DNA from: Candidatus Nitrosopumilus limneticus
GTDB lineage: Archaea > Thermoproteota > Nitrososphaeria > Nitrososphaerales > Nitrosopumilaceae
Assembly (NCBI GenBank): GCA_022117465.1
Contig: JAHCGZ010000005.1
Location: 7,544-71,543, forward strand
Length of the DNA: 64,000 nucleotides
Direction: 5' to 3'
Position 1 is the stretch's first letter, and every line of letters starts with the position of its first letter. Shown here in pieces: positions 27,468 through 36,784 of this stretch. Made by a program: the position numbers and the translations under genes. Below the pieces are notes generated by a model, which was given only the letters and a program-made list of their open reading frames with translations, did no database searches and was not told the origin of the DNA.

Positions 27468-27772
27468 GTTTTGAAAAGGAATTAGAAAAAGGGCAATTTT
27501 GTATTCCTGAATGTATATCATGTAAAAAATTGATATGGCCGCCATCAGAATTTTGCAATTTATGTAATAGGGAATTAACATTAAACAAGAGTGAATTTGA
27601 GGGTAAAATTATCGAATTTTCAAGACAAGATGAAAATTATTTTTGTATAGTAGAATTTAATGAAACAGTTAGATTAATTGCTAAAATGGAAACATGTCCA
27701 AAAAAAAATCAGACTGTAAAAATTTCAAAATGTGGAATATCTCAAGGAAGTTATTATTTTCATATTATTTAA
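27464..27772 (+). CDS. DUF35 Zn-ribbon/OB-fold thiolase partner
   Basis: CISC..WPP..CNLC; ATGA overlap with the thiolase. Confidence 0.8.
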   Translation: MSFEKELEKGQFCIPECISCKKLIWPPSEFCNLCNRELTLNKSEFEGKIIEFSRQDENYFCIVEFNETVRLIAKMETCPKKNQTVKISKCGISQGSYYFHII

Positions 27773-28592
27773 AATTCGTAAAAATATACGGTGTTTCAAC
27801 CATTTGATCAAATGTCCATACAGTAGGTAATGAAACGGTTTCAAGAACTTTCAATTTGTGTTGTTCTATCAAATCTCTCCAACCACCATCAGATAAATTT
27901 CCTGATAATTGTCTTTTAGTGTCAGTACCTGTAAAAACTAATCCAGTATTTACCCTTAAATTTTTAATTGAATTAATTTTTTCAATAATGCCTGCAGCTA
28001 GTATATCTCCACCCATCTGAGGCAATCCACCAATAAAAAATGCAGGACTTTTTAAATTTAATTTTGAATAATCAAATTCTAATGCATCACTACATATTGG
28101 ATTAAAATTATGTTTTGTTTCCATACATATTTTATTTTGTAATTCAACTAAAACATCATCAATTTCTATACTATGTGAATTTAATTCTAAAATATCTCCA
28201 CAAAATGCAATTCGCCCATCCCCTGAACCTATATCAACAAGATCAGAGTAACCCAATTTTTTAGCAACAGATGCCATTAGATATGCAGACATTATCCATG
28301 TTGGATAAAATGGCTGACAACTAGAACCATGTTTTATGCTGTTTAGCCAATATTCGTTAATGTCTCCCTCATAAACTACACATTGAATTTCAGAAATATT
28401 TTCTACGTATGAATTAAAGTAAATAGGATTTTTTTCTGCAAAAATATGAAGTTGTTTTAAATGATTTTCATCTATAGGAAATTCTTTTGATGTATCAGAA
28501 GGAATAATTTCTTGAATATGCGCATTTCCAGAATATGTTTTTGAAAATTTTTGTTTAATTTTAACTAAATTGGAAACTAATTCATCAAACAT
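27765..28592 (-). CDS. Putative class I SAM-dependent methyltransferase-like protein
   Basis: LVDIGSGDGRIA motif I; SIEID motif II. Confidence 0.7.
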   Translation of the reverse strand: MFDELVSNLVKIKQKFSKTYSGNAHIQEIIPSDTSKEFPIDENHLKQLHIFAEKNPIYFNSYVENISEIQCVVYEGDINEYWLNSIKHGSSCQPFYPTWIMSAYLMASVAKKLGYSDLVDIGSGDGRIAFCGDILELNSHSIEIDDVLVELQNKICMETKHNFNPICSDALEFDYSKLNLKSPAFFIGGLPQMGGDILAAGIIEKINSIKNLRVNTGLVFTGTDTKRQLSGNLSDGGWRDLIEQHKLKVLETVSLPTVWTFDQMVETPYIFTNFK

Positions 28593-28625
28593 AAAATTTC
28601 TAAAACTTTTGGGTGTGATAAATGC

Positions 28626-29408
28626 TTAAGACCAAGTCACAACTTTTTCTCCATGTTTAGAAAAAGCTAAAAACAATCCTAATGTAATGCGCTTATTTGC
28701 CTTGACTGGAAGTATTTCATGATAATAAATTGGATTAATTATGATCAAATCCCCCTGATTTGGCTTTATCTTTACAGATTCATTGCAATCTAAAATTACA
28801 TCTCTTGAATAACCAAAATCGATGTTACGAAACTTTTCGTCTGATTTTTTCCATGATTTTTTGTGCAATACTAATTCTCCACCTTTTTGAGATTGCTGAA
28901 TATACAATACTGTAGATAGTTGAATTGAAAATTTAGAAATATCAAAACCTTTTGCTTCATAACTTGCATTGTCTCTGTGTATTGGAGCAAAATCTCCTAG
29001 TTCATGCAGTCTAATTACTCCACAAGCATATTTTTTCCCATTTTCAACTGCTATTGTGACCTGCTTTTCAGGAAAGAGTAGTTGTAATGTTTTATGAATT
29101 TTTTTCCTTGGATCCTCCAATCCTGAAAAAACTTGACGTACTGTTTTTCTTAATGCATCGGCTTGAACAAAATATTCTGCCTTATTAGAAATGTATGATG
29201 TAAGGGAGACACCAATTTTTTTCATTTTTTCATTATCTTCAAAAGTTTTTGCCTCGATTCTTTTCGATATTATTTTGCATGAATCATTGTTGTAAAAATT
29301 TCTAATTATTAGGGCAGATGATTCTCCTGTAATGATTTTCTCTATGATATTTTCATTTTGACCTATCTCTTTGTAGTCTATTTCTATTTGATTCCACTTG
29401 AAATTCAA
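28626..29408 (-). CDS. 2-oxoglutarate/Fe(II)-dependent dioxygenase
   Basis: HxD (PIHRD), distal His (YHEILPV), Arg (KRITL), GGEL and GDL strand motifs. Confidence 0.8.
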   Translation of the reverse strand: MNFKWNQIEIDYKEIGQNENIIEKIITGESSALIIRNFYNNDSCKIISKRIEAKTFEDNEKMKKIGVSLTSYISNKAEYFVQADALRKTVRQVFSGLEDPRKKIHKTLQLLFPEKQVTIAVENGKKYACGVIRLHELGDFAPIHRDNASYEAKGFDISKFSIQLSTVLYIQQSQKGGELVLHKKSWKKSDEKFRNIDFGYSRDVILDCNESVKIKPNQGDLIIINPIYYHEILPVKANKRITLGLFLAFSKHGEKVVTWS

Positions 29409-29693
29409 CTAGTATCCGCCTTGACCTGAATGTGAGACAATTGATTTTAGAACTCCGTCACCTTCTTTGTCTTTAATTTCACATTTTACAAATGATCCGG
29501 CTAAATTTTCTTCTACTTGCTCTTTTGTGTATACACTTGGATCTGCAGGTAGACTCATTATGTCAATTTGATGAATCCTTATTTTCTCAATTTCTGAATA
29601 TTTTCCTTTATTTCCATCTTTTCGGTGTGTTACATTTAACTCAAAAATCTGACCTGATAGAACATTTCCCACATTTCCCCAAATTATATCCAT
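29409..29693 (-). CDS. Hypothetical protein, possibly a degenerate thermonuclease (SNase)-like fold
   Basis: Pattern similarity only (see findings); abuts the dioxygenase start. Confidence 0.55.
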   Translation of the reverse strand: MDIIWGNVGNVLSGQIFELNVTHRKDGNKGKYSEIEKIRIHQIDIMSLPADPSVYTKEQVEENLAGSFVKCEIKDKEGDGVLKSIVSHSGQGGY

Positions 29694-29837
29694 AAACCCA
29701 TTTGTGTTTTCTCGTATTTATTGTCCAAATTTTTTCTCATCTAGTGGTAGCGTTTTTAGACTGGATTCAATATTACATTTCTGTTAGTTATAATGTAATT
29801 ACCTACTTTACTAAATACAATTTTAATAAAAAAGAGT

Positions 29838-30401
29838 ATGGAGAAAAAATTAGCATCAATTACAATTATGGAACAAAAATTTCTTCAAAAAAGTACCAAT
29901 CATCAAAAAGCAGCAAGAATACGAAGGCAAAGAGGATACCAATGGGAAGATACCATTGTAAAAAGATTCAAGAAAGCAGAAAGTTGGAAGGCATTTAGAC
30001 TAGGTTCACCAAGTATTGCATTACCTGACATATTGGCAGTAAATACAGAAAAAAGTAGCATATTTACCATTGAGGCAAAATCAGGTACAAGTACATCATT
30101 ACCTGTACCCGCAGATCAAATTGAACGATGTCTAGACTGGATCAAAACATTTGACATTTACAAAAACAAACAGGTTCTATTAGCATTCAAATTCTTATCA
30201 AAGAAACGAATTGATGTAGGAGTTTACAAAAATAGAGAATTACGAGAATTTTTCAAAATATGGGATGAAACATTGGAAATTACTGATTGTGTTTGTACAT
30301 ATGAAGGAAAAATTTATTGCAAAGTCAATGGAGTAAAAAAAGAATTATTTCTAAAAGAATGTAAAATGCCATTTAAAACAAAACAGAGAACTAGTGCCTA
30401 A
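29838..30401 (+). CDS. Hjc-like Holliday junction resolvase, PD-(D/E)xK family
   Basis: RGYQWE, LPDILAV, IEAKS, CLDW. Confidence 0.75.
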   Translation: MEKKLASITIMEQKFLQKSTNHQKAARIRRQRGYQWEDTIVKRFKKAESWKAFRLGSPSIALPDILAVNTEKSSIFTIEAKSGTSTSLPVPADQIERCLDWIKTFDIYKNKQVLLAFKFLSKKRIDVGVYKNRELREFFKIWDETLEITDCVCTYEGKIYCKVNGVKKELFLKECKMPFKTKQRTSA

Positions 30402-30452
30402 ACTCATTAATATTTTCAAATGATTATTAAGGATAAATAAATAACGTATGTC

Positions 30453-30902
30453 ATGTCAGAAGAAAATTCCAAAAAAGAACAAGTTGCGTCAAATACAGAG
30501 TCCCTTTTAGAAACAATATCAGATGCTGAAGTTAATTCAAGAATAGTCTTTGAAGAATTTACTGACGAAAGGGCTTTGGTAAGTCAAGATACATTTGGCA
30601 AAAAACAAATGAAAATTAAGGTCTTGGAAGTTTCTGATGAAAATCCAGTATTAAAATGGAAATTTGGAGACCGTGTCAAAGTTACAAAAATACTAGTTAC
30701 TATTAAACATCTTACAACACAGCAAGTAGAGGAGGGTGAATTTAACATAGAAGAAATTGAAAGAGAGTTATCTGAAAAAAGACATTATACATCAACTAAC
30801 AGATGGATACCAACTTCCGATATCAAGAACGGTTATGTGGTAGCTGATAAACATACAAGATTAATCAGTGATGCTTCAGCTCTAGACTACATAGTATTTT
30901 AA
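30453..30902 (+). CDS. Hypothetical protein
   Basis: 149-aa ORF. Confidence 0.7.
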   Translation: MSEENSKKEQVASNTESLLETISDAEVNSRIVFEEFTDERALVSQDTFGKKQMKIKVLEVSDENPVLKWKFGDRVKVTKILVTIKHLTTQQVEEGEFNIEEIERELSEKRHYTSTNRWIPTSDIKNGYVVADKHTRLISDASALDYIVF

Positions 30903-30960
30903 TATAAAAAAAGCAATTCATTACTAAATTTTCTCTGAAAAACATTATAAACATCACAAT

Positions 30961-31350
30961 TTGAAAATGATTATGAGTACAAAGGAATTTGATGTTAATG
31001 GAACCGATTATAAAATTACAATTACGGAACAGGTAATTGGACATGTAAATAATTTAAAAAGTCTTTACAGCGCAGCATATGAGGACCCTGAAAGTTTTGA
31101 AGATGTCAGTTCAGAAATATCAAGCACAATTACAGATATTGCAAGTACAGTTCAACCCGAAGTACAAGATAGTGATCTTGATGGATTAATTCAAGAAATA
31201 ATAAAAGCAGTAGAAAACAAGGCGGCACAAATAGAAAAAGAATTATCAACAAAAGAGAAACCTGCAAAAGAAAAAGCTACAAAAGAAAAATCAATAAAAG
31301 GAAAACCTACAAAAGAAAAAGCTACAAAAAAACTAAAATCAAAAAAATAA
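30961..31350 (+). CDS. Hypothetical protein with a Lys-rich repetitive tail
   Basis: KEKPAKEKATKEKSIKGKPTKEKATKK. Confidence 0.7.
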   Translation: MKMIMSTKEFDVNGTDYKITITEQVIGHVNNLKSLYSAAYEDPESFEDVSSEISSTITDIASTVQPEVQDSDLDGLIQEIIKAVENKAAQIEKELSTKEKPAKEKATKEKSIKGKPTKEKATKKLKSKK

Positions 31351-31424
31351 TTCTAAATTGACTATAAGTTCATACCATTTTAGGGCAAGGCATAAATTCT
31401 AATTAAAACTATACTCCAAAGGAT

Positions 31425-31541
31425 ATGTCTAAAAGTTGTGAATGTGGTATATGCAATCACTATGAAGAATCAGAATGTATTAAAAAAGAATGTAAATGTT
31501 GTTTAAATTTTCATGAAAGATCAGGATCAAAAAGAAAATAA
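31425..31541 (+). CDS. 38-aa metallothionein-like peptide MSKSCECGICNHYEESECIKKECKCCLNFHERSGSKRK
   Basis: Translated by hand; 7 Cys and 2 His. Confidence 0.55.
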   Translation: MSKSCECGICNHYEESECIKKECKCCLNFHERSGSKRK

Positions 31542-31544
31542 TTA

Positions 31545-31643
31545 TCACTTGTAGCAATTACATTTCTTTGAAAAGTGTTTAGAGCAACCAATAAGACGGT
31601 GATCCACACATCCACATAAAACACATTTTTTTTGTTCAGTCAT
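31545..31643 (-). CDS. 32-aa metallothionein-like peptide MTEQKKCVLCGCVDHRLIGCSKHFSKKCNCYK
   Basis: Translated by hand; 6 Cys and 2 His; ATGA overlap with the upstream gene. Confidence 0.55.
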   Translation of the reverse strand: MTEQKKCVLCGCVDHRLIGCSKHFSKKCNCYK

Positions 31644-32035
31644 AGATTTACTAACAATTCCTTTACATCATCCATCATATTTTTGTTTTTTAAAGCTTCT
31701 AAAATCTTCATTCTCATATTTTTAATTCTAGATACATCATTAGAGTATAAGGGAGCCATAGTTACAATTTCTTTTTCAAAAGAATAATTTTCAAGATATT
31801 CAGAAAATTTTATTTTAAGTTTTTTAAAATCAGATAATGGTATTTTTTCAGGTTCAATTTTATTAGACACAACTTTTATGAATCCTGCAATTTTCAACAT
31901 CTCTTTTTCTATTTTAGCAAGATCCCCAGGCTTATCCTCAATAGTCTCAAGTATAGTGTATGAATCAACAATATGAGTTAAAATATTTTTAAGATGTTGT
32001 GAATATGTAACCATGAAAATATCAAAACAATACAT
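31640..32035 (-). CDS. Hypothetical helical protein
   Basis: 131-aa ORF; the real start is probably an internal Met. Confidence 0.7.
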   Translation of the reverse strand: MYCFDIFMVTYSQHLKNILTHIVDSYTILETIEDKPGDLAKIEKEMLKIAGFIKVVSNKIEPEKIPLSDFKKLKIKFSEYLENYSFEKEIVTMAPLYSNDVSRIKNMRMKILEALKNKNMMDDVKELLVNL

Positions 32036-32119
32036 CCATCTAAAGTTTAGGAAATTAGCTTGACTCCTGTAAAAGTTTCACGTTTGCTTTAAATTATTAG
32101 AAATTATCATCAATTACAA

Positions 32120-33448
32120 ATGCAAGAAGATGCTTATCTAAAATGTGTAAATCCAAAATGTGCTCTAGAGTATCCAATTTACAGTACCAATGTGCAATGT
32201 GAAAATGGACATGTATTGGATGTAATATATCAAAATGAACCATCTACAAAATTAAAGAATACATTTTATGAAAGAAGAAATTCTAAAGGCAGTATATTTA
32301 ATGAAAGTGGAATATGGCGATTTCGTGAATTATTGAATTTTTGTCAAATTGATACTGAAAATATTGATGAATGTTCAAAATATTTAGTTTCTCTAGATGG
32401 AGCAGAAGGAAGACAATCAAAACCATATCACATGTCAAAGGCAGCAGAATTTTTAGGAATAAATTCAGATGGATTGTGGTTGCAACCAGAGGGATACAAT
32501 CCTAGTGGTTCTTTCAAAGATAACGGAATGGTTACAGCAGTTACACATGCAAAAATGGTGGGTGCTAAAAAAATTATTTGTGCATCAACAGGTAACACTT
32601 CAGCTTCAGCTGGAATGTTTGCAGCAAATGAAGGAATAGATTGTGATGTGTATATTCCTGCAGGACAAATAGCACCAGGTAAACTTAGTCAAGCATACCA
32701 ATTTGGAGCACAAATTATAGAAGTAGAGGGCAATTTTGATGATGCGTTAAAACAATCACTAGATGATGCAAAAAATCATAATGGCTATACAGTTAATTCA
32801 GTAAATCCATTTAGAATTGAAGGTCAAAAAACAATTCCTTTTAGAGCATTGGAATATTTGGATTGGGAAGCTCCCGATTGGATTGTTTATCCGGGAGGAG
32901 CTTTAGGAAATACATCTAGTTGTGGAAAAGCATTAATGGAATTATACGAATGGGGTTGGATTAAAAAAATTCCTAGAATTGCAGTAATTAATTCTGATGG
33001 TGCAAGTACATTATCAGATTTGTATAATGGAAAATTTGAAGATGAAGAATTAAGATGGAATAAAGGTAATCCAAATACGGAATTAATTTCCAAGTATTAT
33101 GATCATATGGACAAAGAAGGAATAAGACCAAAAACTAAAGCAACAGCAATTCAAATTGGAAAACCTGCAAATATTTTAAAAGGATTGCGAGCATTAGAAT
33201 TTACAAATGGTGTTGCAACAACTGTAACAGATACTGAAATGCTAGATGGAATGGCTGTTGTGGGTTTGAATGGGTTTGATTGTGAGATGGCATCAGGAGC
33301 TTCTGTTGCAGGAATTAAAAAATTAGTTAGTGAAGAAATAATTAAAAAAGATGATACTGTAGTAGGAATTCTTACGGGTAGACAAAAGGATGCTATGATA
33401 CCTGTAGATTATCATAAAAATCCTAAAAACATATTTTCACATCATTGA
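32120..33448 (+). CDS. thrC: Threonine synthase
   Basis: EGYNPSGSFKDNG, CASTGNTSASA, NSVNPFRIEGQKT, ATAIQIG. Confidence 0.93.
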   Translation: MQEDAYLKCVNPKCALEYPIYSTNVQCENGHVLDVIYQNEPSTKLKNTFYERRNSKGSIFNESGIWRFRELLNFCQIDTENIDECSKYLVSLDGAEGRQSKPYHMSKAAEFLGINSDGLWLQPEGYNPSGSFKDNGMVTAVTHAKMVGAKKIICASTGNTSASAGMFAANEGIDCDVYIPAGQIAPGKLSQAYQFGAQIIEVEGNFDDALKQSLDDAKNHNGYTVNSVNPFRIEGQKTIPFRALEYLDWEAPDWIVYPGGALGNTSSCGKALMELYEWGWIKKIPRIAVINSDGASTLSDLYNGKFEDEELRWNKGNPNTELISKYYDHMDKEGIRPKTKATAIQIGKPANILKGLRALEFTNGVATTVTDTEMLDGMAVVGLNGFDCEMASGASVAGIKKLVSEEIIKKDDTVVGILTGRQKDAMIPVDYHKNPKNIFSHH

Positions 33449-33600
33449 AAAATTTAATTTAGTATTAGACTCAAATTATATGTCCGGTTAAATAATTTGA
33501 ATAGTTTAAATGATTGTAGTTTTAAATCAGTATACCTTAAGATGGTGCTAAAAAACTAAATGTGTCATACAAGTTCTAAAAAAGATTCAAAGAGAATATC

Positions 33601-34854
33601 ATGGTAGAGTTATGGATTGAAATTTCAGCTTTAGCTGTTTTATTAGGATTATCAGCATTTTTTAGCGGTTCAGAAGTTTCAATTATTGGAATAGGAAAAT
33701 CAAAAGTGAATCAGTTATTTGCTGAAGGTAAAAAAGGTTCTAAAGCATTACACAAATTAAAAATGAATCCAAGTTGGATGATGTCCAGTGTTAATCTTGG
33801 AAATAATTTAGTAAATGTTGGGGCATCTGCAATTGCAACTAGTGTGGCAATTAGATTATTTGGAAATGATGGATTAGGAATTGCTGTTGGAATTATGACA
33901 TTTTTAATTTTAATTTTTGGAGAAATTACTCCAAAGATATATTGTAATGCAAATGCAACAAGAGTATCTTTACGAGTTGCACCAGTATTACTTGTTTTTA
34001 GCTATATATTTTATCCAATAGTAAAATTCTTTGAAATAATTACTACAGGGGTTGTAAAAATAACTGGTAGTAGTCATACACCACCTGCAATAACAGAAGA
34101 TGATATCAAGGGAGTTATTGATCAAGGATTGGCTGAAAAAGCCTTAGAAAAAGAAGAGAGGGAATTAGTTCATGGTGCATTAAATTTTGATGATACTGTT
34201 ATTCGTTCAGTAATGACACCAAGAACAAAGATGTATACATTAAATTCAAAAATGTTACTTTCTGAAGCACTATCAAAAATTAATCATAGTGGACATTCAA
34301 GAATTCCAATTTTTGGAGAGAATAAAGACGATATTGTTGGATTCATACATGTCAGAGATGTGTTAACAGAATTAGAAAAAAACAACAGAGAAGTTAGTTT
34401 AGAACAAATTGCACGAAAACCAGTCTTTGTATCACAAGAAAAAATGGTTAGTTCACTACTAAAAGAAATGAAAGGTAGAAAAACACACATTGCAATTGTA
34501 CTTGATGAACATGGAGGAGTTGAGGGATTAGTTACTTTAGAAGATTTGTTAGAAGAGATTGTAGGAGAAATTGAAGATGAAACAGATCATACAAGAAAAA
34601 AAGGGTATGAAAGAATTGATCATGATACAATAATAACAAATGGAGATCTACCAATTCACATAATCAACGATATTTTTACTACAAAAATTCCTAAAGGAGA
34701 AAATTATGCATCGCTTAACGGACTTCTTCATGAAAAACTGAAAGATATTCCTAAAGAGGGAGACAAAATAGAATTAAATGATCTTAGAATTATTATTGAA
34801 AAAGTAACTAAAAATTTTCCAGAAAAAATACGAATTGTAAAAACTTCAAGTTAA
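33601..34854 (+). CDS. CNNM/HlyC-CorC family membrane protein (DUF21, CBS pair, transporter-associated domain)
   Basis: SAFFSGSE, FGEITPK, VMTPR, SRIPI, DEHGGVEGLVTLEDLLEEIVGEI. Confidence 0.9.
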   Translation: MVELWIEISALAVLLGLSAFFSGSEVSIIGIGKSKVNQLFAEGKKGSKALHKLKMNPSWMMSSVNLGNNLVNVGASAIATSVAIRLFGNDGLGIAVGIMTFLILIFGEITPKIYCNANATRVSLRVAPVLLVFSYIFYPIVKFFEIITTGVVKITGSSHTPPAITEDDIKGVIDQGLAEKALEKEERELVHGALNFDDTVIRSVMTPRTKMYTLNSKMLLSEALSKINHSGHSRIPIFGENKDDIVGFIHVRDVLTELEKNNREVSLEQIARKPVFVSQEKMVSSLLKEMKGRKTHIAIVLDEHGGVEGLVTLEDLLEEIVGEIEDETDHTRKKGYERIDHDTIITNGDLPIHIINDIFTTKIPKGENYASLNGLLHEKLKDIPKEGDKIELNDLRIIIEKVTKNFPEKIRIVKTSS

Positions 34855-35903
34855 TTATTTTTTGCAAAATATTTTTCTAATATTTGTTTTTTCTCAGTCA
34901 TATGAAAAATTGATTCAGTATGAGTAAATGCATCAGTATACGATTTATCAAACAACATTGCTTGCATTAACATATGATTTTCAGGAATTACAACTCCAGT
35001 TTGATCATCAGAGTACATCATTTGAACAGTGTCTCCAATGGAAGTTGTCATGTTAGCATGAATGTGAATCATGTTTGTATCTGTAAAACTAAATCCCATA
35101 TTTTGAGCACAATTTCTAATATCCTGAGTTCCTTTGGCAGTCCATAAAGTAGCTACACCAAACTCATTAGTAAAAATATCATGGATTTCTGAAGGCTTGG
35201 GGGCAATTCTTTTGAATCGAATATCCATAATATGTAAGTGCATTTGCCTAGTAGGAACTTTAATTGCACGAACGTATAATGGTGCATCCTTACCAAAATA
35301 TAATTTAACATCATCACCATGATGAGGTTTTTCACTCATTTCTATAGTATCTATAACATTTTTTTCAGTTTGTTCAATATCTGCCCATCTTCTAATCAGC
35401 GTTACATCAAATCGAATTAATTCATCTCCAAATTTTTCACGTAAAGGTTCCAAGATTCTACCCATTCCTGTAACATTACAACTTCCTTGCATCACATGTT
35501 TCTTACCTGATGCAAGATCATAATTTGCACGAGAATTAAAAAGTAAATCCGAAACAGATTCAGAACCAATTGTGGATTCACCGCCTTGATAAATTGCAGG
35601 TATATTTTTTGGCTCATACAATATTTTTTTATTCTTATAACCGTGTCCACCAGGTGATGCGTCTATTACAAGATCACATTTATCCAATGCAGATTCAATA
35701 CTTCCAGATATTTTATAATCTGAAAAATCATTTACTTTTTTTTCTGGTACATATACATTAAGACCACGAGAAATAGCGACATTTACTTTTTCATCAGGTG
35801 AATATTTTCCAATACCAATAACAGTAATTTCAGGATCATCCTTTAGAAATGAAGTAATTCTACTACCAATAGAGCCATATCCGTTAATGAATACTTTTTT
35901 CAC
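34851..35903 (-). CDS. gap: Type II (archaeal) glyceraldehyde-3-phosphate dehydrogenase
   Basis: INGYGSIGSR, YQGGE, GSCNVTG catalytic Cys, RRWAD, HHG.D, IPEN. Confidence 0.9.
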   Translation of the reverse strand: MKKVFINGYGSIGSRITSFLKDDPEITVIGIGKYSPDEKVNVAISRGLNVYVPEKKVNDFSDYKISGSIESALDKCDLVIDASPGGHGYKNKKILYEPKNIPAIYQGGESTIGSESVSDLLFNSRANYDLASGKKHVMQGSCNVTGMGRILEPLREKFGDELIRFDVTLIRRWADIEQTEKNVIDTIEMSEKPHHGDDVKLYFGKDAPLYVRAIKVPTRQMHLHIMDIRFKRIAPKPSEIHDIFTNEFGVATLWTAKGTQDIRNCAQNMGFSFTDTNMIHIHANMTTSIGDTVQMMYSDDQTGVVIPENHMLMQAMLFDKSYTDAFTHTESIFHMTEKKQILEKYFAKNN

Positions 35904-35977
35904 ACATTATTTCAGATTAACTTACTTATTTACTAATTGAACAAAAGACTAAATGTGCTTTAAAAAATTATAATTTA

Positions 35978-36682
35978 TTGTTACATGTTCCTTCACTTGC
36001 TATAGGTGCCGTGATTGCATCAATTACAATCGTAGCAGTGATTTTTGGAATTAATGGTTCACTAGATAAGCAAGAATTGTTAATTGAGCCAACACCAAAA
36101 ATAGATCAAATTGGGCCAGCAAAAATTACAATGAATACTTTTGTTTCAAATGGATCTCCAATATTGGGCAATCCTAATGCACCTATCACATTAGTAGAAT
36201 TTGGAGATTATCAATGTCATTATTGTAATGTATTTTTTCAATCCATTGAAGGAGATATAATAAAAAATTATGTTGAAACTGGAAAAGTAAAAATAATTTT
36301 TAAGGATTACAATATTATTGGACCTGATTCAATTAATGCATCACATGGAGCACATTGTGCAACTGAACAAGGATTGTTCTGGGAATACCACGACATATTG
36401 TATTCCAATTGGACAGGAGAAAACAATGGATGGGCTTCTACTAGTAATTTAACAATATTTGCACAAGAGATTAATGCAGACATGGATATGTGGACTGAAT
36501 GTATGAATAAAAAAACATATTCAAAGACAATCATGGAAAGTAATAACGATGCAAAAACATTAGAGTTAACTGGAACACCAGCATTTTTTGTAATTAATTC
36601 AAATGGAGAAGTCTCAAAACTTTTTGGTGCACAGCCATTTGAAGTATTTCAAAGAGTATTTGATGAACAATTACAAAAATAG
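35978..36682 (+). CDS. DsbA/DsbG-like thioredoxin-fold oxidoreductase with an N-terminal anchor
   Basis: EFGDYQCHYC, GTPAF, GAQPF. Confidence 0.88.
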   Translation: MLHVPSLAIGAVIASITIVAVIFGINGSLDKQELLIEPTPKIDQIGPAKITMNTFVSNGSPILGNPNAPITLVEFGDYQCHYCNVFFQSIEGDIIKNYVETGKVKIIFKDYNIIGPDSINASHGAHCATEQGLFWEYHDILYSNWTGENNGWASTSNLTIFAQEINADMDMWTECMNKKTYSKTIMESNNDAKTLELTGTPAFFVINSNGEVSKLFGAQPFEVFQRVFDEQLQK

Positions 36683-36784
36683 TGATCGTTTGTTCCTAAA
36701 ATAATAAAATATATAAAAAAAATTGTTCCTAGTTAATTCGAATTTACAACAAATACTTAATTACTCTGAGAAGAGACGAGGCTT

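Noticed and set aside
29838-30401. Hjc-like resolvase as the recombinase for the palindromic sites
   Set aside because: Hjc-family enzymes are structure-specific junction endonucleases, not site-specific recombinases, and the gene is far from the sites.
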